Assembly: GCF_001194135.2 (NCBI RefSeq)
Contig: NC_068996.1
Coordinates: forward strand, 50,267,985 to 50,331,984
Reading direction: 5' to 3'
Source of the DNA: Octopus bimaculoides
Lineage: Eukaryota
Length of the DNA: 64,000 nucleotides
Each line of letters begins with the position of its first letter. The stretch's first letter is position 1. This document shows positions 1-11,099 of the stretch, piece by piece. The notes beneath the pieces were generated by a model that did not search any database, had not been told where the DNA came from, and worked only from the letters and a program-made list of their open reading frames with translations. Position numbers and translations under genes: made by a program.

Positions 1-210
1 GCCCCCCCCCCCCACTGGCTCCTGTACCAGTAGCACGTAAAAAGCACTCACTACACCTTGGAGCGGTTGGTGTTAGGAAGGGCATCCAGCTGTAGTAATA
101 CTGCCAGGTCAGATTGGAGCCTGGTGCAACCTCCTGGCTTACCAGTCTCCAGTCACATGGTCCAACCCATGCCAGCATGGAAAACAGACATTAAATGATG
201 ATGATGATGA
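1..210 (+). mobile_element. RTE LINE 3' end/3'UTR family ending in (GAT)n; very high copy number
   Basis: Shared motif ...GGAAGGGCATCCAGCTGTAGAAAC...CATGGAAAGCGGACGTTAAACGATGATGAT. Other copies near 2452-2895(-), 4450-4836(+), 11145-11375(-), 12795-13170(-), 21390-21871(+), 23449-23596(+), 27100-27260(+), 29966-30405(+), 33397-33733(+), 41418-41918(+), 50262-50600(-), 51086-51222(-), 56905-57335(-), 59808-59900(+). The 13040-13140 copy retains the ORF2 end LTEAVTGDGDLWRYAVLLKT. Confidence 0.8.
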
Positions 211-583
211 CATACATACATACATACATATAGATATATACACACACATACATATACATATGTATATAAATATACACACACACACATGTATATACATATG
301 CACACATACGCACACACACAATGCGATACTTCAGTTTCCATCAGTGTATGGCTTCAGAAGACATTTGTCCAAGGTGCTACGAAATGGAACTGAATCTAAA
401 ATCACATGAACGGGAAGCAAAACTCCATAACTACATACCTGTGCATATATTTAAAAATAAAATTCTATTAAATTATATATATATATAATTTAATAGAATA
501 TATATATTATATATATATTTGACAGGAAGGACAACATAAGAAAGAAAGAGACCTCGATATTATGCAAATAGAGGAATTTATCT

Positions 584-818
584 GTAAAAATATGACACTT
601 ATTCAGTAGCCATGATAAAACTCCGAGTTTCAGATGCCAGGGTGGGAGCCTACGCCAACATCGCTTTAGTTATCCGGCCAATTGAAAATTCCTGTGAAAA
701 ATGACCGTTAAAAACAAATTGGCCGGATAACTGAAGAGATGTTGGCGTGGGCTCCCACCCTGGCATCCGAAACTCGGAGTTTTATCATGGCTACTGAATA
801 AGTGTCACATATTTTTAC
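584..818. mobile_element. Penelope-like terminal sequence as a foldback inverted repeat (arms about 584-683 and 717-818; right arm ends at a gap)
   Basis: Arms are reverse complements with few mismatches; each arm carries a hammerhead motif. Confidence 0.65.
726..786 (+). ncRNA. Minimal type-I hammerhead ribozyme motif (PLE type), core intact
   Basis: Stem I GATAA/TTATC; CTGAAGA at 731-737; stem II GATGTTGG-GTGGG/CCCAC-CTGGCATC; GAAA at 769-772; palindromic stem III ACTC-G-GAGT; cleavage triplet GUU. Confidence 0.7.
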
Positions 819-918
819 NNNNNNNNNNATATATACTGAAGAAAATATACCTTCATTTTACTTTTCTTTAAAATTCTCTTTTACAAATATACCAAAACAA
901 AAATAAAAATTATTCTAC

Positions 919-965
919 CTGTTGGTCATAATTGATTGTGAAAGAGATTCAATGACGGATTCCTC
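919..965 (-). CDS. OFD1: Probable penultimate OFD1 exon, phase 0-2: EESVIESLSQSIMTN
   Basis: Acceptor tttcag, donor CAG|gtagaa; 47 nt; phase fits the previous exon; sequence similarity is weak. Confidence 0.6.
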
Positions 966-3900
966 CTGAAATTAAACACAAGATATGAGTAAGTAATTAG
1001 TAAAGCAAACATTAACCCTTTAATATTTAAACTATTCACATCCAGCCAAAATATTTTCTGTTTTATGTTCAAACCAGCCAGATCCTGCTTCTCACACCTA
1101 CCCTACAATGTCATTCTAAAACTAAACAATCACATCATCAAAATTTCTAAGCTATGAGATAATGCAGGATTAATTAAAAATAATTGTCGTTATCCATGCT
1201 GGCATGGGTTGGATGGTTTGACCAGGGCTGGCCAGCTGGGGAGCTGCCCTCACTCCAGTTGTCTGTTTTGGCCTGGTTTCTATGGCTGGATGCCCTTCCT
1301 AGTGCCAGCCACTTTAGAGAATGTGGGTTGTGTGCTTTTTAAGTGGTACTAGCACCAGTGCTTTATATATGGCACCAGCAAGGGTACCTTTTACGTGGTA
1401 CCAGCATGGGTGCTTTTAACGAGGCACCAATAATGTGAATAAATAAGCATTACATTAGACAGAGTGATTTGAATGCTCAAAGTTTAATTAGTAGCAGTTT
1501 GTCTTTGTCTTAATGTTTCTAATTAAAAGAAATTAAACAAAAGTTTGGGTGGTGGAATATCAACTGCTTTAATCTTGCCTATCTATTTTGGGGAGGGATG
1601 CCTACAAAGGTTACGTGTACTCTTGCTCCTTTATTGAGTTCCATTCACCTCACCAGTTGTTCAATGGTGGGAGACTTACAACAAAGTTATTATCTATTCT
1701 CGGCCCCCTCCTGATGATTAAGATCATCATCATCATTTAACATCTGCTTTCCATGCTGGCATGGGTTGGACGGTTTGACTGAGGGCTGGCGAGCCAGAAG
1801 GCTGTACCAGGCTCCAATCTGATCTGGTGATGTTTCTACAGCTGGATGCCCTTCTGAAAGTGTAATGGGTGTTTTTTATGTGCCAGTCAGGCAGTACTGG
1901 CATCAGCCACGCTTGAATGGTGCTTTTTACATGCCACTGGCATGGGTATTTATTATATTTTGTTTACTGCTTTTTTTTCTTAAAGAAAGGAAAGGAAAAT
2001 AATATTTGTGGTGAAAGAATGACTAACATTTCTAGTCTGGATTAGCATTCGGGTTATTCTGCCAAATGTAATGCTTATTTAACTCTCATTGCTTTCAATT
2101 AATCATTCATTATCTCACAGCTTTGAGATTTCAACGATGTGACTGTTTATTTTTAGAATGACATTTTAGGGTAGGTGTGAGAGGCTGGATTTGGCTGGCT
2201 TCAACATAAATCAGGGAGAATATTTGAGTGGCTGGATGTAGCTAGTTGGTAAACAAAACATAGAATATCTGGAATGAATAAGGCCAGTTTAAATTTTAAA
2301 TGGTTAATATTTAATTCAATTTAATTTCTATTAGAAAAATGTACTTCTACATATTAAACAAACAAAGAAATCCTCTATACAATCGCTTGATCTGCCAGAA
2401 ATAGCAGTCAAATCTCCCTCAATTCATACCTACCATCATAAAGAAAGGATCATCATCATTGTTTAACGTCCGCTTTCCATGCTAGCATGGGTTGGACGAT
2501 TTGACTGAGGACTGGCGAACCAGGCTCCAATCTGATTTGGCAGAGTTTCTACAGCTGGATGCCCTTCCTAACGCCAACCACTCCGAGAGTGTAGTGGGTG
2601 CTTTTACGTGCCACCGGCATGAGAGCCAGTCACGCGGTACTGGCAACGTTCACGCTCAAAATGGTGTTTTTACATGCCACCTGCACAGGAGCCAGTCCAG
2701 TGGCACTGGCAACAACCTCGCTCAAATGATTTTCTAACATGCCACTGGCACAAGTGCCAGTAAGGCGACGCTGGTAACGATCATGCTCAAATGGTGCTAT
2801 TTACGTGCCACTAGTACGGAATCCAGACAGCTGCTCTGGCAATGATCACGCTCGGATGGTGCTGTTAGCGCTCCACTGGCACGGGTGCTGGTCATACTAT
2901 ATAATTTAGTTCTAGTATTAAAGTGGTGGATTCACTAAGTCAGTAGAGCATCAAATAACATGCCTTGTGATAACTGTTCTGAGTTCAAATTCTGCTTTGG
3001 CCAGCTTTGCTTTATTCTTTTGGATTTGTTGAATAATTTATCAGTTTAAGGGGCATGAGACACTTTTGGCAAAACTGTTTTAGCAACTCTGACTTATTTG
3101 GCATCAAATTTACATTTAACTCCCTCTCCCCCTTCTCTCTCTCCCTGTTTATATGAGTGAATATATTTCTCTTTATAAGTCTGAAGAGAAGCAAAAGTAT
3201 GTATGTCAATCAAGTACAATTAATAAACTCTGATGTTTTTCTCCCTCCTCTTGCTTTCGCACTCTTTCTATCTGTTTGTGTATATTTCTGTGCATGAGTG
3301 TGTGTGTGTGTGTGTGTGTGCGTGTGTTTACAGATGAGTCAATAGTTGATTAAATCAATGACAAAATATTGTTAGGGATTATTATATGAACCCCTCATTT
3401 TAAATAGAAATAAGCGAGATATTGGGTGAAAAATTAGCAAACCTCATTTGAATATCAGAGAAATATACCTAGTAGATATAGCAAAAAGGTTAGATGTGTG
3501 TAAATATTGACAGATAATTACAAAATTTGTAATTTTTAAGTGATCTCATATGAGATCACTGGTAGGTAATGGGTTAAACGGTCTGGTTTCTCAAGAGCTA
3601 ACATGAAAACTAACCTGAGGTTATCAATGAAACTGATGGTTGCTGTTCTTCATGTCTGAAGATCATGAAGAAGAGAGGCAAGCCCTTAAGTGAAGTGATC
3701 CTTGAACAACAGGCTCAGGTGCAATTGGGTAAAATATGCAGGCTTTGGTCAGATGGGAGTTGTGACAATGACTCTTTCCTTCTTTGGCATTTCTTGTCCA
3801 CCAAAGTTACTCTGACCATTTGCTCAAAATTGCTTGTAGGGGACTGGATGCAATCTTATTTCTTTATTGCCCATAAGGGGCTAAGCACAGAGGGGACAAA

Positions 3901-6587
3901 CAAGGACAGACAAAGGGATTAAGTCGATTACATCAACCCCAGTGTGTAAGCGTAACTGGTACTTAATTTATCGACCCCGAAAGGATGAAAGGCAAAGTCG
4001 ACCATGGCGGAATTTGAACTCAGAATATAACAGCAGACGAAATACTGCTAAGCATTTCGCCCGGCATGCTAACGTTTCTGCCAGCTCGCTGCCGGACTGG
4101 ATGCAATCTTACCACATCTCCCCTTGTGTTGCGACTTCTTCCCACCCTGTGCTCAAACAGCTCTGATAGGCAGGTCATGTCTCATGTATGTCTCATGAGG
4201 GGTCTCCTATGAAGCGTTTGAAAGACCCGTTGAAAAACCAGATTGCCCAGGTATGGATAGATCCCACACATAAAATTATACTTTGCTAAATTAACAAACT
4301 TTTACTTGCTAATGATATTCATACCCTGATCTGACCTTATATTTGCAGGGGTGGCCAAGTTGTTTGATAGGTAGAACCACATATGATACATTTTTTAGCA
4401 TTTGAGAACCACACGTTTAAAAAAATTACATTTATAAATAAGAAAATGCCAGTGCTGCCTGACTAGCTCCCGTGCCAGTGGAATGTAAACTGCACCATTC
4501 GAGCGTGGCTGATGCCTCTGCCACCTGTCTGGCACCTGAGCCGGTGGCATGTAAAAAGCATCATTCAAGCATGATTGATACCAGTGCCACGTGATTGGCA
4601 CATAAAAAGCACCATCTGAATGTGGTTGATGCCAGTGCCACCTGACTGGCCCTCATGCTGGTGGCATGTAAAAATCACCCACTACACTCTGAGTAGTTGG
4701 CATTAGGAAGGGCATCCAGCTGTAGAAACCTTGCCAGATTAGATTGGAGCCTGGTGCAGTCTCCCAGCTTGCCAGTCGTCAGTCAAACCATCCAACCCAT
4801 GCCAATATGGAAAGCGGATGTTAAACGATGACGATGTTAAACATACAGATAACAAAATAGATTGGTTAATCTCTCTCCATTGAAGATTTTTATTGAGTCT
4901 TCATTTTCATTATTAATAAATTAAAAGAATGTTAAAGCTGTTTTAGGGAAAACATCAATGAAATCCATTATTATCCCTGGAACTGCACATGGTAGTTCCA
5001 AGAGCCACATGCAGTTTGCAAAGAACGGTTTGGTTCTGTACAGATTGCTTTTTTTTTTTTTCTTTTTAGAATTTTTGCCTATACTGAAAATTATTTATTG
5101 TTGAACTAACGATAGAGCTTCTAGATAGTCCTTCAATGTGCTAGATGTAGCAGCCAAATATCTTTCATATCTTACTTTATTGCTTAATAAAAAATAAAGA
5201 CACATTAGATAATGTACTCCTATATACACTACATCTGAAAACAAAAAAAAACAAAAAAAGCTAAGAGCTTATCATGCATCCAGTCACTTGGACTCTACCA
5301 TTTCAAAAATAGCCACTAGGAGTTAACCACGAAACATCTATCTGTTAAGAGTCCATCAGACACATCTAGTCTCAGGGAGTCCACTGTACATCTTGTCACA
5401 AAAGAGTCCATCATACACAGCTATCTACCAGAAGTTAATCATACATTTAGTCACTATGGGTTCCTCATACATCTATCTACTAAGAGTCATCCAGCCACTG
5501 GAGGTCTACCATACATTTATCAACCAAGAGTCCTCCATACATCTAGCCACTATGAGCCCACTTTTAGCCACGAGAGGAGCTTACCACTGTACAACTAACA
5601 ATAGGCAGATGATAAAATACAAACCATTATTTCACTTGCTATCAGATTACTGTCTTCATCCTTGTTACTTTTCTCGCTAATAATCTCAGCAACTTCTTCT
5701 TTCTCAATAGCTCTTGCAGAGTTTGTTACATTCTCAGGTTCAGGTATCTTTGAAATGAAAGAGAGAGAGAGAGAGAGAGAAAGTGAAAGAAAGATAATGA
5801 TTACCAGTTCAATGACATTCAAAACACTCTAGAATTTTCCTATAAAAAAACTTTATTAATTCTAATAAATTGAATACTCGTTGAATCGATCAACTCTGAA
5901 TGTTTACTTCACAATCACGTGATTCCGGGTTCAGTCCCACTGTGTGACACTTTGAGTAAGTGTCTCCTACTATAGCCCTGGGCCATCCAAAGCTTTGTCA
6001 CTGTATTTGGTAGACAGAACCTGAAAGAAGCCCATCATGTGAATATATATATATATATGTATATGTCTATGTGTATGTGTTTGTATTTGTGTCTGTCCTC
6101 CACTACCACTTAACAACTGGTGTCAGTTTATTTACAGCCCCATAACTTAGCAGTTCAGCATAAGAGACCGTCTGAATAAGTTCCAGGCATAAAATGAAAA
6201 AGTAAGTACTGGGATTGATTTGTTTGAGTAAATACCATTCAAGGCAAGTGCCCCAGCATGACCACAGTCCAACAACTGAGTCAAGTAAAAGGTTAAGACA
6301 AGCTTACAGTAACGCGGTTCCTAGATCAAGCATGTAACTATACATCACCTTGTGAATGTAATGCTCTGTGCACATAAAATTTGGTACTCCAAAACCGTCT
6401 GAGATATATAACTCCTTACTTGTTTCAGTCTTTTGACTGTGGCCATGCTGGAGCACCGCCTTTAGTCGAGCAAATCGACTCCAGGACTTATTCTTTGGAA
6501 GCCTAGTACTTATCCTATCAGTCTCTTTTGCCGAACTGCTAAGTTACGGGGACCTAAACACACACACACATATATATATACATATAC

Positions 6588-6620
<33 letters not shown>

Positions 6621-9600
6621 CATGATAGACTTCTTTCAGTTTCCGTCTACCAAATCCACTCACAAGGCTTTGGTCGACCTGAGGCTACAGTAGAAGGCAC
6701 TTGCCCAAGGTGCCACGCAGTGGGACTGAACCCAGAACCATGTGGTTGGTAAGCAAGCTACTTACCACATAGCCACTCCTGCATGTATAAAGATATATGT
6801 CTTTTATCTTTTACTTGTTTCAATCATTAGACTGTGGCCATGCTGGGGCACTGCTTCGAAGAATCTTTAGTTGTCTGAATCGATTCTAGTACTTATTTCT
6901 TTAAGCTTAGTACTTATTCTATCAATCTGTCTAACTCATGCTAGTATGGAAGATGGATGTTAAATGATGATGATGATGATGATGATAATGATGACAGTGA
7001 TGATGACAACATAGAGGGTTGAAAGTTAGTTTTATAAAATAGTTAAAAAACTTCATACTTTATGAGATGAATCTGGCATCTGTGGAACAGGAGCTGTTTC
7101 AGCCTTTGTTTCAGGAACTTCCAAGGGGGTGTCATCATCTGGAAATAAATGAATATTTTTGGATAAAATAAATTTAATACATAAGAAATACATTTACGTA
7201 GTTATTTTCTTCATTTTTGTAAAATGCGGTAGTGTAGTATATGCTTAATAAAACTGCTATCTATGTATCATACTTAATGTATATACACTGTTAATAGGCC
7301 AGTTGCTGCAGTATTTGTCCAGAGATGACATCTTCAACGGATCTTCTGTGTTAAAAATAATAAGTATAAAAGAGCAGATATGAGTAGCATATAGGAACTG
7401 GTATTAAGGACGGATAGGAAAATATTAGATTTATAAGCCCTAAAATTCATTCCATAATTGTCCATGGGCATATGGCATAGTGGTTAAGAGCACGGGCTAC
7501 TAAACCCAAGATTCCGAGTTTAATTCCAGGCATAATTTTGGAAAAACACCTTAGGAATGAGAAACCAGGTTCGAAATTCCCCCAGAACACCTGATGAAGG
7601 CTGGAGAGTACATCAGCCGAAACGTGTTAACAGCAAACAAGATGAGGACAAATATCCGTCAAATATAAATAATGTACATAATTCCTCATCTCTCAACTAT
7701 AGAACTGTATTATCCATAATAGATGTTATCTTGGAACAAATCCTGCAGCAACTGGCCTATCAACAGTGTGTATACATTAAGTATGCTATATAGCTGGCTA
7801 TTTTAATACTACCTCACTTACACATACCCAGTTATTAATATAATGTTTTTGTTATGTTCTATGTCATGAGCTACACATTAAAAAGAAGTGTATTGGAGAT
7901 TTCCAGATATTCACTATAAGAGATTATCAAAATCCTGTCTTTAAAGCTATCCGCAAGGGATTAGATGCTTGATCTACTGGACAAACACTGCCACCACAAA
8001 GTATCAAGAGACACTAGTGTTTTCATTACAAACATTGACCTGCACCAAGTGACATAAGATGCTTGTGGTGTTATGGGCTGTGATGAGCTGTGTGTTGTGG
8101 TGGAGAGAGGTGAGGCAAACAGAGGTGAAGCCCGACCGGAAGGGCCAGACCGGAAGGGTCAGATTGGAAGTCGGCGACACGCGGTCGAAGGCTAGCACGT
8201 GGAGTCAGTGAGAAAACAGAGAGGTTACGAGGAAGACGTGTTCTGATCAGGAGCGATCGTGTACTCCGCTGCGGTCGACAAGGTAAGGTCCAACGTTTCA
8301 TTCTGTCCTTTTGCTTCTTGTTGTCTTTTTCCTCCATCACACCACAATGCTTATGTTATTTCTACCACAAATACTCTCAATACCAAATAAACAAAGGCAA
8401 CCACAAATATCACTGTCACCAAATAAAAGAAGATACTATTACCAAGTAAAAGAGGGTCCTATCTGAATGAAGGACTTGCTATTTCTCACGAGGCTATGTA
8501 TTTGCATCAGGAAGTTCATCTCCAAGCTACAGAACTAGGCAAGCTTTACTTTTTTTTATTACAGAGGACCATCAGTTTCCCATGCGTATAAATCTGTCCT
8601 CGTTACTTTACTGATATTGTCCAAAGGAAAGGTGAGAGCCTGTACAGACTGAGAACAAAATGGTACGTCTCTCACAGTACCCAAGACATCATCTCCACAA
8701 AGGAGGTACTATTAGTAACAACAATACCTACCACAAAGCAGCAGAAGTTACTCTTTCACAAGCTAAGACACAATAAGAGAATAAATTACCATACTATCTC
8801 AGATCTTACTTCTAAATATCAACAGGTATTTTACCAGTATCATGAATGATACTTTTACTCTTTTACTTGTTTCAGTCATTTGACTGTGGCCATGCTGGAG
8901 CACCGCCTTCAATCGAGCAAATCGCCCCCAGGACTTATTCTTTTGTAAGCCTAGTACTTATTCTATCGGTCTCTTTTGCTGAACCGCTAAGTTATGGGGA
9001 TGTAAACACACCAGCATCGGTTGTCAAGCGATAGTGAGGGGACAAACACAGACACACAAACATATACACACACATACATATATATATAATATATATACGA
9101 CGGGCTTCTTTCAGTTTCCGTCTACCAAATCCACTCACAAGGCTTTGGTTGGCCCGAGGCTATAGTAGAAGACACTTGCCCAAGGTGCCACGTAGTGGGA
9201 CTGAACCCGGAGCCATGTGGTTGGTAAGCAAGCTACTTACCACACAGCCACTCCTACGACTTTTGTGAAATAATCAGAAGATTCCATTACATTATGAAAA
9301 CCCTAACAGTCTTTCCAACACACACACACAATTAATTCAGATTGAATTTCAAACTTCATTAAACATTGAATAAAGTGAAATGAAATTAAAAAGTCACACT
9401 GATTCAGTCATTTATTTGAATTTCAATATGAAACAGTATTTCAGTGTCAGACCCACCCCATCCCTTACCCACTCACCAGGTAGTGTGTATTAATTGGAAA
9501 TTATAATCGATTAAAAATTTGGAACTATAATATCACAGAGCCATTTCCTCAATCAAGTGAATACAAGTGGCCAAAATGGTGGGGTCCACCCAAGGATCTC

Positions 9601-10153
9601 TGGAGTAACATTACATGATAGGATGCACAGCTCAGAGATTAGGGAGTCACCATAGGTTGAGCTGCTACTTCTCCACATTGAAAGGTCACAGAACATGGTA
9701 CTATGAACATGTGATTAGAATGTTTATATAGCATACTTAATGTATACACACTGTTGATAGGCCAGTTGCTGCAGGATTTGTTCCAAGATAACATCTATTA
9801 TGGATAATGCAGTTCTATATTTGAGAGTTTCAGTTGGTCATGCTTGGGAATACAGTGAGATAGCATGACATTTGCTTTTGATAAGACCCTATGGAGGAGG
9901 AGGTGCCTGTAGACCTCTCAGGAATAGTGGGTGGAGAAGATAAATGGATGGATATTACATAAAAGAAACAACAGAGATTATAATTAAAAAATACAGAAGG
10001 ATCAGTTAATTATGATTTCATTCAACATATTCCCCTCTCNNNNNNNNNNNNNNNNNNNNNNNNNNNNNNNNNNNNNNNNNNNNNNNNNNNNNNNNNNNNN
10101 NNNNNNNNNNNNNNNNNNNNNNNNNNNNNNNNNNNNNNNNNNNNNNNNNNNNN

Positions 10154-10198
<45 letters not shown>

Positions 10199-11067
10199 CA
10201 TATACACGAGGAGGTACTGAATAGTTCCTGGCTTTGGGTAAAAGGAAAATACAGAAGGATCAGTTAATTATGATTTCATTCAACATATTCCCCTCTCAGA
10301 TTCACCCAACTATTGCAGCAGTCCTTCAGAGTTTCTAAGCCCTGTAAAATAACTTGGAAAGTTGGGCCTTCAGCCAGGCCTTTCACGATACCCTTAAAAC
10401 CACAAACTTTTCATCATCTCCTCATATATTTGATCCTCGCTCCTTGTTCTTTTACTAAACTGAAATAAATAAATATTTGATCTGACCCAATATTACAGCA
10501 AACTGTAAAACAGAAATAAATTCAAAGGTACCTTTGGTAATTCTACTGGAGCGCCATGCATCATCAAGAGAAATAACTGGAAGAACATACGAAGGCTCAG
10601 CAGGTGCAACTGGTGTTGCTTTTTCTTCAGCTGTTTCTTTTGATGCTTCAGGTCCGCCTGTAGTAAGGTACGAAGGGTTCTCCATAGATCTCTCTCCTGT
10701 TCTTTCTTTTGTGAGAACATATCCAATTCTGTCAAGATCAGAAGACCTATAGTTTCTATCCATGGTCTCTGAAGTGTGTGACAATTTTCTGGTTTTAAAG
10801 ATTTCTCCATTTTCTCCATAATCTGTGTTAAAATAAAATAATCAACTGAGTTAGAAACTGAAAATATTAAACTAAATAAATTATTTTTATTATTATTATA
10901 ATAAAAGAAACCCCCTTGCTATGTTCTGAGTTCAAATTCCGTTGAGGTCGATTTTGCCTTTCATCCTTTCAGGGTCGATAAATTAAATACAAGTAATTGA
11001 CACATCCCCTTCCCCAAAATGTCTGCCCTTGTGGCAAAATTTGAAACCATTATAATAAAAGAAACCA

Positions 11068-11099
<32 letters not shown>

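Noticed and set aside
2620-2890. Regular about 60-bp units (GCCAC..GGCAACG..CGCTCAAATGGTG) that look array-like; also at 21400-21720, 29980-30240, 41490-41740, 57060-57320
   Set aside because: They are internal tandem repeats of the dispersed RTE 3' UTR. There are no unique spacers or cas genes, and the DNA is eukaryotic, so this is not CRISPR.
3615-3655. 41-nt candidate exon (HEEQQPSVSLITS)
   Set aside because: Phases 2-1 do not fit the neighbours, and it lies at the end of an RTE remnant.
7466-7530. tRNA-like sequences (also the heads of the other SINE families)
   Set aside because: A and B boxes are present but there is no complete cloverleaf or acceptor stem; each continues into a SINE body.
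9987-10297. 53-bp direct repeat on either side of gap 10040-10153
   Set aside because: Identical sequence flanking a gap is most simply a scaffolding overlap artefact.
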